Source of the DNA: Raillietiella orientalis
Taxonomy: Eukaryota
Assembly: GCA_036172245.1 (NCBI GenBank)
Contig: JAYWIR010000008.1
Coordinates: 4,774,001-4,838,000, forward strand
Length of the DNA stretch: 64,000 bases
Direction: 5' to 3'
The notes under the pieces are model-generated. The model worked only from the letters and a program-made list of their open reading frames with translations, searched no databases and had not been told where the DNA came from. The first letter of the stretch is position 1, and each line of letters starts with the position of its first letter. Positions 51,823 through 64,000 of this stretch are shown here, in pieces. Both the position numbers and the translations under genes were made by a program.

Positions 51823-54379
51823 AATATCCGCAACACTGGACTTCGCTTGCCATCATCCGATAACTCTGTAAAATAAAAAAAAGACACACACACACACACA
51901 CTGTTTTTCTTGTCTTCCAACGTTGATGTCATCAATCGAAGAGGAATGATTTTTTTTTGTCTGGAGACTGACCATTAGGAGGCAGCCACGAAGTCCTCCA
52001 GGGTGGTGGCGCCACAGGAGAACAGGAGAGTACGTGCATCATTCGGTTTTCTCCTCTCTCTCCTTCCTGGGAGAGGTGAGGCGGTTCCGATTCGGCCCGC
52101 GACGAAGTCTCTCGAGGAAGCGCAGCGGAAGTTTCCGCTCGCAGATGCTCTCAAGAAGAGTCGCGTCTTATTTTGAAGGCATTCCTCTCCCGCTCACTGC
52201 ATAGCGAGGAATGACCTTCCGCCTCCTGGGGGCTGCAAGCAGCGCCGTTCCCAAGAGAGGGGGACGGTTCGTGAGGCAGTCGTGTTCGTCGGGAAAAGGC
52301 TGCGGTTGCGCTCGACCTTGGGTAGGAAGAAGTAACCGCAACCTTTCGCAACGAACGTTCTTTTACAACATCGGAAATTTGTGGTTCGACGCAGGACCTC
52401 TTGCAGAAAGAAGACGAAAAAAAAAGAAGAAAGGAAGGAAGGAAGGAAGAAAAGCACTTGATTTGGGGCATAGTATAAGTGGTTAAAAGTAGATGAGAGT
52501 GAGGTGATGCATTTCAAATCCGAGTGCACGACAGCCATTGATGATGATGAAACCGGAGTCACAAAAGAACTCTGAAGAAAGAAGGCCCACAGTTTTTCTC
52601 TCCCGGCCGCATGCACTTCTTGTGGACATCCGTAGGTTCGTTACGATTCTCCATCAACTCTGGATGGGCTGTTTGTGCTCGTAGACGTGAAAGGACACTC
52701 CGTGGTCCATCTCTCTCGTAAAGAGCTCCCTGCTATTTTGTGTTTCTCGAATTCCATTTTTTAATGAGTCAACACCAATGCACCATCAGAAGGGGGAAAG
52801 AGGAAGAGGCAGGTGCACAGTTCAGGGGGTTTTCCAGAGCTCCGAGTTCGGTGAGATCGCTCCTGGAGGTGCTGTTCACTCGGTGGTTTGGTCTTCACCT
52901 TGGTGCTTGGAGCGGGAAGGAAGTTGTGGTGGAGGGTCGCGTCTCGTCACTATTTTGCTTCGCTTCGCGCGTGCAAGGCAGACCGATGGCGCGTGCGTCA
53001 CGGGGAGATCAGGACGTCGTCAACATGGCGAGGGAACTGGTGAGAGCCTTGAAGGGTTTTTCGGGATGCCATCCTTTCCAGAAATTTCGTGTGCATCAAT
53101 TTTTCCTGGAAGCGTTTCACGAAACTCATTTTCGACGAACTCGCGCGCGTGGAGGCTGCTGGCGCTTTTAGAGAAGGAAGAGGAATCTTTCGACGCCTGC
53201 GAGAGAGAAATTGATGGCTCTGCACGTCATAAAATTTTAAAGATTCCTTGAAGCTAAAGAGGGCAATGAACAGGGTCACCAGCTTTAATCTTCTTTTATC
53301 TCTCATGATACCACGAGCTGAACGTCCAACACCACTTTCGTGTGCGATTCCTGCGCCTGCGCACACGGCATTGTCTCTGCTACCATTGTGAAAATCAGTA
53401 ACGACTCCCCTCAGGTCAGAGTTCGAGGGTTCCGTGGAGACAATGATCTTCGCTGTTTCATCAGTTTCATCACTTTTTCTCCTTGGGGATGAATTCCGAA
53501 ACGGCCTGCCAACACGACTGGCACCTGTCTGATCCTGTTCCGTCGTGCTGGAGCGGTGGTCAGCCTCACGCCATCTTTCTCAATCTCACTCGGTCCGTTC
53601 CAAACGAACTGTGCAACTCCGAGATGGACGTCCCCTCTCCAGTCCCAGGTGCACTCCTCCTTGCTCCTGTCTCCTGATCGGCTCATCATCCGAGATGCTC
53701 TGCGTCATCTCCAGTACGAACAAAAGCTCGTGCTGAAAGTGAAATGGGATCGCGGGTGGGCTTGACGGCGCGCACTTTCTTCACTTCGCACGCCCGCGGT
53801 GGCCTGTGGGTGCTGCATGTCTTCGCTCCGATAGTTTGCGTTTCCAGCGGTGTGTCACCGAGGTCCCCCATCACTTGCGCGCTTAGGATTTCGTTTCAGG
53901 GACGCCGGATATCCGTTGGGTAGCAGCAAAATCCGGTAGTTCCTGGAGTGGTTGGCTCCACCTGCCAACTGCGCGGCGCCAGATCAGACGTTCCACCATC
54001 ACCCTTTCAGGAAAGCCCGTCTCCGCTAGCCTGGCTTGGAGGCTTGAAGGCAGCGGCACTTCCTGGCTGACGCTTCGGCTCCACGGAATATGCCAAGGAG
54101 AATCGCTCCAAGCTTGGTTCTCGAAATTTCATCTTTCCGGAATGGAACGGGATTCCTTGGCTTCTACCACGGGCGCATACCGATGGCTCGATGGTTCTGT
54201 CACTGCAAGGAATTTCACTTTCCTGATTTGTTTGTGTTGGGAGCGGAGGATCCGCCTACGAACTGAGAGGGGCGGAATCCAAGCAGCAAATTCTGGAGCA
54301 AGTGAAACAACGAGGACATTTTATTTCTGTTTTTTTTTTTTTACGAGTGGGATGCGAGCATCTCGAGATGCAAACGGGG

Positions 54380-56805
54380 AGCACGGACGGTCGTTTCCAG
54401 AAAGATGTTGAAGGCTCCGCGGGCGACATGGACGAGAGAGTGGTCTCCGCTGAAGAAACGATCCTCTCTCGTAAAGCCACGACCTCATGAAGACTATGAG
54501 GGTGCCTGGCGGGCGGGGGAAGACGCTTTTCCCGCAGTGCCGCGAGAGGTGCTCAGAGCGCTCGGAAGGAAGGGAAGGAGCAAATTTTTCACTCCGGCAT
54601 TCCCGCTGCCGCTTCATCCTTGGTTGCAGTACTTTGAAGCGTGAAATACAAAATCATTGCACGGAAGACGACAACCTGAGGGCCGAATTTCCGGTTCGCT
54701 TCTCGCTTGCCCAATCGCGAGAGCCGAGTGGCCTCCAGGGAAGCTCGCTCCAGCGCCTGGGAGCTTAATGATGGCAGTTCCACTTGTCATCCTCATAAAA
54801 ATGTGGGGCAAGTGGTGCGCAGAAGTGGCCCTCGCAGAAGGTCTCGGAACCAGAACTGCCAGATCAGAGGTGCGTTGTCCAGATGACCTCGGTTAGCGGA
54901 GATGAGGTGCTCTTTCGGATGAAAACGGAGTCCCGAGAGCAGAAGGCCACTGAAAACAGCTCTGCTGGTCCAGATGAATCTGTTCCCTTCGTCGAGCGAC
55001 GGTGCATCCCCAGGATGTTTCCAACGGAAATCGCCTGATGATCTCCCCCAGAAGGTCAAATCCGGTGGATTCTTTCTGAACCAATCTCCGATCTCCCCTG
55101 CGGGGGGCTACGCGATGGATTTGCCGAAGTGGCCCAGGGCGCTGATGCTCACTGCTGTGGCGGCTCCTTCTTCCACCTGTTCGCCAGCTTTACCATCGTG
55201 GCGGCGGAGTACATCAAGCCGTATCCGAACTTGTGGTTCACTGGGATCAAAGGGACGGAGGAGAAGGTGTGCGCGGAGCGCCAAGAGGGAGAAAAGCGCG
55301 CCGTCGCTGTGGCGCGCGCACCACCTCCTGAAGTGGGAGGGCGGGGATAGCACACGCACCGGTTCTCTCTGCCCAGAGGTCCTACCTTTGATGTCAGGAC
55401 CACTATGTACTGCTGCGTGTCTCTTCAGACGAGCTGGGGATTGCTCCAGAGGTCCAGGGTGCCCATCCCAGCCGCTATTGGCGCCGAGGCGGACGTCCCT
55501 GCGTGTGTTCATTGTTGCATAGGGAAGGAGACTTCATCTACCAGTCCACGTCGCTCGGGGAACCCGGAGCTGTGGCCGGTATCCAGCGTGGATGGAAACT
55601 CCTCCAGATACCGCGGTCGTCGTCCTTCCGAGGTCGCACCGGAGATGGATAGCGTGAAGGTGCTGCTCTTGTAGCCGTCGCAGTTGCAAAAGGCTTTCCG
55701 CCGTTGCCCGAGTCTTAGACGAAGACGAAGAGGCCACGGCGACCTCTGGAGACTCCATTGACGAAGGCCCTCTGCGCAAGCGGGTCTGGCCCGTTCACGG
55801 TCTTCTCGTCGTCTTCTAGCCCCCAGGAGATGCTGTGAATGTCTACGTGGTCCGAGTTGTGGTCCAGGAGTCGGCCTCCGCCGAGTCGCTGGAGGTTCTG
55901 TACAGAACGCAGATGCTCCGATGCTAGTGCCGAACGTCACCCTCACCAACTGTAGCTGGGCACCTCCGCGATCTCGCATACGGAGCGTGTCCGTGCCTGT
56001 TCCCAATGGCGTTCCGAGGGGAATCATAGTCTTGCTAGCCAGAGGGTCATAGTTTTGCTTCAGGTACAGGTGGCCCCTCTGGATGCCGCTATCCAGAACG
56101 ATGATCACCACTCCGCGTTCCGTGACCTCGCGCTTCCTGGCAGTTGTGGTGTACAGGTCTGTGCCATCGAAGACTCTGCCGTTCGCATGCGACGTATAGG
56201 AGTAGTCGGAGTCTTTGGACCACTTGGTAGAGGACCTCCTCAAAGTGGTAGAGGGTGAAAAGTCCCTCGAGCTTGTCCAGGAACTCCCTACTGGACGACG
56301 CGGACTTCCGGTGGACGTGTTGGTGCTCAAACAGGAGCTCTCCGGGCTGCTGATCTGCGGAATAGACCCACCTTCTGGGTCTTCCCAGTCTTGATCCCAA
56401 GCTGCGGAGTCGAGAGGACGGGGTCAGTTCCGACGGGCTGCCGAAGCCGGGCAGCCTGTCGCCCCTGGAAAGGACGCACGGGGTCGACGGAGCGGCGGTG
56501 CCGTCCACATTCACCAGTAAGAGTAGGAGTGAGAGGGAAGGGTGATGGGGGGGGAGATACGAATCTGTCGCCCACATTCCCTTGCCCGCTCTGGACCGCC
56601 ACACGATCGGCTTCCTGAGGGCCTGCTGGGATGTCGACGACGAACCAGTTGGTGCAGACGTCCTTCCTGGAGCGGACCGGTGGAGGCGCCAGAATGGTGG
56701 AGAGGGCGCCACACCCGACAGGAGTCCATCCGTGGCGAGCACGAAGGGAGAGGAAAAGGCGGAGCCATGGAGGAACTCGCGGCGTTCTCCAAGGCGAGTG
56801 CGCAT
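54380..56805 (-). pseudogene. Fur2: Furin-like protease 2 (Fur2-type subtilisin-like proprotein convertase) pseudogene, intron-retaining
   Basis: Colinear but frameshifted and stop-riddled motifs. Prodomain: VCTNWFVVDIPAGPQEADRVA and LFEHQHVHRKS. Catalytic domain: GVVIIVLDSGIQ..NYDPLAS (~56090), NRHG (~55995), VDIHSISWGLEDDEKTVNGPDPLAQRAF, DSGNGG (~55705), CNCDGYKSSTFTLSISGAT..PRYLEEFPSTL, HAGTSASAPIAAG (~55490), VNHKFGYGLM..MVKLANRW. P-domain fragment LRFHP, then Cys-rich remnants. Ends approximate. Confidence 0.88.
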
Positions 56806-56899
56806 CACAGAGGGCGGCCCTTGCGGTCGGGCAGGGAGGCGCGAGGGTGTGGGCAGGTTTCACTGTGGTCCTCCCCCTCACACGGGAAGCCGACGTGGG

Positions 56900-59800
56900 T
56901 CCTGCACACCTTCTGGGGAGACGGACTTGGAAGAACCGAACGGAGTCTTCGAGCGTCTTCCATTGCAGCTCCCGTCCAAGCATTAGCTGCCTGTGGATTC
57001 CGAACTATGGGCAGAGGACGTCTTCCAGATGCCTGTTCCAGGAAGATGCGTCCGCCTCCCTGTAACGCTCTGAGGAGGAAGGATGCTTTCCATTTGATCT
57101 CGCGGCGGCCGGAAGGGATCGAGAATCGGGATGAGCAGGAGCGATCAGTGGGGTACTTTCTGCCTGTACCTTCCGCTGCAGCAGCTGACGCATCCACGTT
57201 TACAGAGCAATCTCTTCTTCAGCCCCTCTCCCGGAAAGTTGGCGTGAGCGACGGTACTAAGAACAGCTGCAGGCTGTTCCCATGGGCTTCCCTTTCATCG
57301 ATCTGTTGAAAATGGAAGAAGCAAATCAAATCGGATTCTTCTGCATCGGCTGGACTGTTTGCCTTCAGGAGAACTCTCGAGGAGGCTTCCCGATTCTCCG
57401 AAGGAGGGCAGCATCGAAAGAGGTTGAAGTAAAAAAAAAGAAAGTGAAAGTTTCCTCCAATGCCGAAGAGTCGCGCTCTCGACCCTTCCCTATTCGGGAA
57501 TCGCATCTATCAAGCTGGTCGCCAAGCATCTCCTCGAAGGTCGGGGTCCGGCAGCGCCTGGAACCCTGAGGGACATTCGGCCAAGTCTGTGCATTCCTGA
57601 AGATGTTACTCACTCCTGTGTTGCCAGCATCGTGACCCTCTGGTAGTCGTGCGACCAGATGCATCAGGTCATGCATCAGGTCATCGGAGAGCAAGCAGCG
57701 ACATTTGAGGATTCGGCCCAATTCGCTCCCCTTCCTCCCTGGGATACAGATTTTTGTTAGACATCTGAAGTTCCGTCATGATTCTCCCGCCTCTCAACCG
57801 ACTGCTGGACCCTTTCGGTCTGATCCTTTGAGGGATTCTTGGCTGGCAGCAACACTAGATATAGAGCCATCGCTCGGGACAAACCTTGACCCGACCCAAA
57901 GGCTACCTCACCATCGGTCAATGGGAATCCGCCATCTACCGTGATTGCGACCCGGCCTTCTCCCCAGATTGGCTGCAAGAACCCCGCGTCAGTGCGAAAG
58001 TAGGCGGTCGAAAGCTCGTTTTTGTGTTCTTGAGCGCGGGGGACTCCCCGTTCGACTTTTTTTTCCCAGCACGCCGAGAGTTTCAACCTAGCTCCCCGCT
58101 GGCACACGACGGCATCCTCAGGGCTGCGGTGAGGAAGTGTTGTGACGACCGGAGGAGGAAGGCGTCTCCGCTCCATCGCAGAATTGGTCGCTGCGACGAA
58201 CGTGTCTTTGCGCCCGGCTCCCACGCCGGCTCATCTTCCGCCCGTCCTCGCGAAGAAGGCAGAGGGAGGCGCCTGCCTCTGTCGGACAGCCGGAAGGCCT
58301 TCCGCAGCGGGAGCGATCGAAGTTTGGCTCCAGCGGCTGCGTCTGTCGCTCACACGGAGGAGGCAGGGTCGAGAACCAGTGGCCGTGAGAACGAGGAGAC
58401 TCCTACTTCAGCACCCCCGAGAGGTGCTGCCGCTGAAGGGCAATGAAGTGTGCCGACTTCTTACAAACTCCCTTGCTCTGCACGGTCATTTGAGTTTCCT
58501 TTCGGGTCAGAAGACTGGAGATGCGAAGAAGAGAGGGAGTGCAGGTGCGAGGAAGCTCAAGCGCGCCGCGCAGAGAGCGGGCTCGACCTCTCTGTTTCCT
58601 GTCCACGCTGCTTCTTCAGCTGATCACTCCCGCCGACGGTATGCGCCCGTGTAAGATTTGAATGCATGCCTCTCCCTCTCTTCCTACCCCTCCCTCACTA
58701 CCACCCACAGAGGAGTTGTCTGTGCTCAATCCGTGACCCACGTTCCTTGTGCAACCAGCAGGGACTCTTTCACGTGGTCGTGGTCCTTGGTGCACGCATT
58801 TTGGTCGACAGCGGTCTCTTCCCCCGGCTTCCCCACTGTGCTGATGTGAAAGGGCCGCGTGACTCAGCGTCGTTCCAGGTGTCGAGCGAAGTGCTTATTT
58901 GGGTGTTTTTTCTCCCCCCCCTCCCTCTCTCTTCTCAGATTCCCAGCTCTTGGATTCAACTCAAGGACTTTGTCCACTCCCGAGAGACAGCACCTTCGAG
59001 AGGTCCCTTTCCTCGTCCTCCTCTTTGATTCTTCCAGCACAGCCTAAACCTCTCTCGCGAGCTGGGAAGGATGCGCGTTCTCCTAGAGGGACGCCGGGAT
59101 CCCTCTGCAGTTCCAATAGTCCTGCCCCTCCCTTCACAGACCTCTTCCTATTTCCCGCAAACCTTCCCGGTTTACTCGATTTCTCTCCCTTTCCTTCCCT
59201 CCTCCTCTTCCTCCCTCCTGCCATCTCTCTTCTCCCTCCCGACCAGCTCGATTTTCATCCCGAACCTTGAAGGAAAAGAGGCGGCGTCTCCTCCTCCCCA
59301 CTCTCTCTCTGTCTCGAGAAAGTGGTTGTTGACCGAAATCTCCCGTCAGCGCCCACCGTCGTGCACCCTTCGCGACAAGTGGCCCGGCGCACCGCCACAG
59401 AGCGAGTGAAGTGCTGTGGTGCCTCGCGATTCCAGCTCTCTCTCGTCTTAAGGCAACACCGTGGGTCGTCTGCAAGAAGAAAGAGCTTTCTCTGCGTGTC
59501 GTTTCTCTGTGCAGGAGCGAGGTTCTAACCACGCTCCCGATGCCACCTCGTCTCCCGAATCCGTAGGAGAACCCGTGTGGGGACGCGCGGAAATCGCATT
59601 CCAGAGAGACTTGCCGATGCGCTCTGGCACTTTCCCTTTCCTCGGGAGGCCATCACGGTCGTGACGGTCGTGCAACAAGAGGACCTTGTCTTCCCGCTCT
59701 TGGCTAAGTCTCTCTCGCGGTTTCTTCTCTCGGAGGAACCGGTCTTCGGGCAGCCCCCGCGTGGTAGGCTTCCTCGGGTCCTCAGGGGATTCTGCACCCT

Positions 59801-60900
59801 CACTTTTCTGCCTATTCCTGCAGTCACCGTAGCTCCCACGCCGTTCTTCTGAGGAAGGAAGCCCATCGGTTGAGACGGCACTGCTGGTCTCGGTGAACTC
59901 CTGAGGTATCTTCCAACCGCGCGAGCAGGAGACTCTGCTGCTGGTTTCCTCCTAGTTCCTCGAAGAGTGCTCAGCCTCAACCTGCAAGAGCCGCCTCCAA
60001 GGGATCTGTCGCCTTCTGCGCGCTCGCAACGGTGCGCGGGTCCGGCGTTCGGAAGGATGGCTGTGCGCGCAGACCCGCTTCCTCTTCGGGCAGGTCTACC
60101 GCACCGGCGGGCTTCTCAAACAAGGGCAACACAGCACAATTCTGCAGAAATGGGGGGGAGCGGTCCTCCAGGGACGGTTCTGCGTTGTCCTTTTGCGGAG
60201 CAGCCACGTACCTCGCAGGACCACCGCTCCCAGACTTAGCACGCGCGCTTCCCTGCTCCCCTCCCGTGCTCCTGCGTGTAATCGTGCGCACTGGCACGCC
60301 ATCTCCCTCATATTCAGAGCTCACGAGTTCCGGGTGGCTCAGAAGGCTCCCTGGTGGACTTTCTCTTAGAACACGCGGGAGCTGTCAGAAGAGTAGGATT
60401 CCTCCCTTCGTCTTCCTCCTCGCGGCCTCAGAGCTTCGTGCACAGAGCGTCAACGGTTGCCGTCCCAGCGAACCTGGTCTGAGGACTCTGCACGGCTGTG
60501 GAATTCTTTCGGGTGTCTGCCGGAACATCCGCCGGCAGAGCCAACGGTTTCCACCGACGGATTCGGGACTCTACTGATAGAGGAACAGGCGAGAAAGAAG
60601 CGTCAAGCAGCTCCCAATACTGCTTCGCCTCTCAAGCTGCTGAAGTCCCACACATCCGTCAAGGTCGATCAAGGAGACACAGCTGGCAGAGTAAAAGCGT
60701 TCCTCGAGCCCTGCGATAACTGCGAAGAGGTCCAGGAGGTTGCGAAAATCGTCTCGTCGTCGGCTCACGATGATTACTGAGGTCGGTCGAAGATTCCTCA
60801 GAGATGGTCCCAGCGAGGAAGATGGGCGTGCTTCCTGCAACAGTTTACGGACGCTTGATTGCAGGAGAGGTGCTCTATTCGCCAGCTCGTTGCTGGGGCA
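56900..60900 (-). mobile_element. Decayed L1/Tx1-like non-LTR retrotransposon (ORF1-EN-RT), 3' part missing
   Basis: ORF1: GNRWLCRRM..RIPQP..GRQPLTLC (60440-60555). EN: DKVLLLHDRH (~59680), RRESSFF, ALTGDFG (~59340). RT: PLTDGEV (~57915), LLSDD..LVARL, NAQT, RQKVPH*SLLLIPILDPF (cf. RQGCPLSPLLF..LEP, ~57140), HLEDV (cf. YADDV, ~57025). Confidence 0.6.
57659..57682 (+). repeat. 12-bp tandem duplication (ATGCATCAGGTC)x2 inside the RT relic
   Basis: Read directly; gives DLMHDLMH on the minus strand. Confidence 0.9.
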
Positions 60901-61899
60901 ATTTCAATTTAACAAGTGGCGGATGGCGGACGGAGGAGTTTTACCTGCCGACAAAGTAGGTCACAAAATGGCAGCTTGAGATGGCTTCCACCTCGGAGAT
61001 TGTTCCCTTTTTTCATCATTTGGCTCCTCCAGTTTTTTTGCTTGGCATTTTATTTATTTATCTTTTCGCTCTCTTCTGTGCCGGCAGGAGGATCTGCCAC
61101 GACCGCTCTCGACGTCCTTCGGGAGAGGATCCAACGCTCCTCGCAGCTCGTGAGCTGACGACCGGACTCGTTCCCAACCCCTGATGCTCCTTCTCTTCCT
61201 TCAGCAACACCTCCACGGTCCGCCTTCCCCGGTCCCACTGGAAATTCCCTCCCCTCGCGCCGAAGAGCGAATGAAAATTTCCGATCCCCTCTATTCCTTC
61301 TCTCCTTTTCTTTCTGTTCGCCGAGCCGGAAGAGATGTGCGTCGCAGTCAGGAGGGACGTTCCGGGATTACCAAAGAACTGGTGAGGAGGAGGACTGACC
61401 TCCAAGTGAGACCAGGGTGCGATGAAGAGGAATCTCCTGGACCTTCTATCTCTCTTGGTCTACCGTCTTTCGCAGATGGCCTGCAAATGCCACGCATGTT
61501 CTTTCTGTGGCTCCCTGATCAAAACGTCTATGCTTCCTCTCCGCCACCATCCACCGCCATTTTTCCACCAGTGCACCAAGTCTTCCCTGAAACGTTCTCC
61601 ACCCATCCATCTGGGTGGTAGAATCACCGAGGGATGCGCGCGCTCTGTAGAATCGTGTGTAAAAAACTCCCTGTGCACAGGTAATGATGGGTAAGCTCCC
61701 TGCCTTCCAGCATTCCTGTTGGCCCTGCCCCTTATTCCCTTCTAAACGCAGACATGAAACTCTAACAGGTGCTGGCTTCGCAGCTTCGGGCTTTGCGTGA
61801 TCTCCAATGTCCTCTGCAGCCATCACGTTGCCATTGTGGCTCCCAATGCGATTGCTCTGTGCATCCTGTACTCCTGCGCCTTACCCTCTGAACTCTGGG

Positions 61900-63640
61900 T
61901 TTTGTAAGAGTCCGCCTACTTCTCTGGTCTCCATGCTCATTTCGATAGGAGGCGCTACGTTAGCAAAGGATGAAAATCAGGTGTTCCTTCGTTCTCTCTT
62001 CTTCCTCGTTCTCTTCCGAGAGAACAAGTGAGAACTGCACAGCATCCAACGCGAAGAGGGAATCCTCCTTTACCTGTGGTATCCTCGGAAGTGGATCGAA
62101 GAAATCCAACTCGCTGGTTCTCCCAGGCAGCCTTCCTCTCTATTCCTGGAATTCCCAGCTTCGCTGGGGGAGATCTCTGGCGGAACGAATGCTCGCCGAC
62201 TTCCTCCAGCAGCCTTTCAGGTTCACGCAGGGGGGAAGTGTCAGCGGCTCCGACTCCCAGGCCGCTTATTCCTTTAGGAGGATCTGCGCTTCCTTTCCTT
62301 TCTCTGAACACCTCCCTTCGGCTCTCCTCCTCCATCCCTTTTCTGGACAAAGGGGTAGCCGTCGTCGTCGAGGGACTCGGTCCGATTCCTGTGCGGTTCT
62401 CCATGTCCCTTTCACCTTCTTCCAGCAGCGAGCGCTAAGGGAAACCTTCCAGTGCGAAGAAAGCAGGATGCAAGCGGCCCCTACTGTCCTTACGAAAGCA
62501 CGAGATTACCTGGTTTGTTTGGCCCGCATTTCAATGCAGGAACAATGAACCCCCGGAGAGGTGGTCACTCCTGGACAAAGGCGACGAGTTGAACAATGAC
62601 ACCAGCTTGCACATTGCTCCTCCTCCGCGGTCTGGGGAAAGTGGATCACCGATGAGGGCACCGATCCGATCCGCCAGTGACGACCTGCGAGTAGGAATAA
62701 GGTATGAGGCAACGGAGGCTGTCAGCAGGAAGCGGACGGCAGAAGAGCTCTACTCTTGGTCGAGAGCTCTTTTGGCAAGCGTGTCGTAACTGGCCCTTGC
62801 AGCTGACGCAGACGCCACTTCCCTGTCTCAACTCTCCCTAACACGTATGCCAGACCCGGGTCTCAAGCGGACCATCGATGTCTCGAGCCTTCCAGAGAGG
62901 TTTTGGCCGAATGTCCCCCGAAGATTTTCAGATTTTCTGGGTCTCGTGATCCACTCTCCCGGGAGAGGAGGTGTCGCTCAAAGGTTCCAGAGAAGAACGT
63001 CTCTTTCGACCCATCCCTTCCGCTTCTTCCTCCCCCTCTGCTGCGGCTGGAGGTGCTTTCTTCAGCTACCTTGCATGCCACGTTCGCTCCCTCCTCGGTC
63101 CATTTCCTACCACATTCCGGGAAAGCGGGGCGCAGCGGTTCAAAAGAGTTCTTCACGGGTTTGCTCCTTCTTGAGCGGACAAAAGGATCGAAGATGGGCG
63201 TTTGGGGTCGGAATTTGAGTTGCGCAGATCAGTGGTCAGGGAGCACAGGTGTAGAACCAGAGAGGCGGATGCCCCTTCATCCTCACATTCAGGTCTTATC
63301 TCGGTTACATCTTGACTTTTACCGGCTTACATGTCTCACCAGAGAGCGCTGCCACTTGCTCAGGAGCGCCCTGACAGTTCCTGAAACCAGCTGGAAGAGG
63401 AAAGGTCACATGGGGAAAAATGGAAACTCATGAGGGGAGGAAGCAGTACGGTAGACAGAGTATTGTTCTAGGTACATAGAAGGCGTGGGCTTCCTGAAGG
63501 GTGCACCTGCCCCGTCATCAGAGTGGACCAGAACTTCCATATCCCTTTCCCATGAGCTCTACTTGTTCTGATTCCTTTCGTTTTCACGTATAGGTCGGTG
63601 GGTAAGCAGGTTTCAATGGCTGTCGTAGCTCAAGTCAGAG
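61900..63640 (-). mobile_element. Decayed, internally deleted L1/Tx1-like ORF2
   Basis: RAHGKGIWKF (post-EN, ~63545), LKIFG, KWRLRQ..LSTKSRALL (cf. LSLKGRALL, ~62760), RGRLP and zf-RVT-like EEEERTKEHLIFILC (~61985). Confidence 0.55.
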
Positions 63641-64000
63641 TGAGTGAGATGGGTAGCTTGGCTTAGGTTAGGCTAGGTGGGGTAGGGAAGGTGCCTGCTT
63701 CTGTGTGACGTCTGCTTCATATGTCTTGTGACGTAGGGTAGTTAAGACTCAGCAGTGGTCTCTGGACAAGTCCCCCCTTGAAGACGAGCCTCCATGCTCT
63801 CCTGGAGACGGTATCGGCGTGTCGATTGCCGTGCTGACCACGTGGACCAGAACCGTCTCTGGCATTCAGAGACGAATGGTACAAGTGTAAAAGACAATGG
63901 AGAAAGTCAGGATATAGGTGGATCCCTTCACAAAGAACGGCATCTTCCTCTTCGGTGGAGGTCCAAGAAAGGTAACCTCGCTCACTCTGCTTCCATGTTC

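Noticed and set aside
52500..54300. Coding-like disrupted sequence between the cuticle gene and the furin relic
   Set aside because: No family could be assigned on either strand; a translated search is needed.
1..64000. CRISPR arrays, rRNA/tRNA genes, prokaryotic operons
   Set aside because: No regularly spaced repeats or recognisable structural-RNA sequence seen by eye, and the DNA is intron-containing eukaryotic; tRNAscan/Infernal were not run.

Overview
Eukaryotic, most likely arthropod, genomic DNA, judged from spliceosomal GT-AG introns, an R&R cuticle protein and a Fur2-type convertase. The first ~13 kb is AT-rich and holds a badly decayed BEL/Pao LTR-retrotransposon relic and possibly an LRR-gene relic. 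Two genes look intact. One is a compact CFAP91/MAATS1 orthologue (+, 16652-19061; at least 10 exons, 47-72 nt introns, 5' end unresolved). The other is a two-exon RR-2/pro-resilin-like cuticle protein (+, 51263-51753). An intron-retaining furin-2-like pseudogene lies on the minus strand (~54380-56805). Most of the GC-rich remainder (~19.2-49.6 kb and ~56.9-63.6 kb) is a dense cluster of roughly ten decayed L1/Tx1-like non-LTR retrotransposon copies, recognised from frameshifted ORF1 zinc-knuckle, APE endonuclease, RT and zf-RVT motifs. Most long ORFs in the supplied track are spurious GC-rich frames. All homology calls come from recalled family motifs, not database searches, and TE boundaries are approximate. 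I found no convincing new biological system; the best leads are the single-clade retroelement cluster, a 90-bp inverted repeat, unusual CFAP91 micro-introns and the furin relic.
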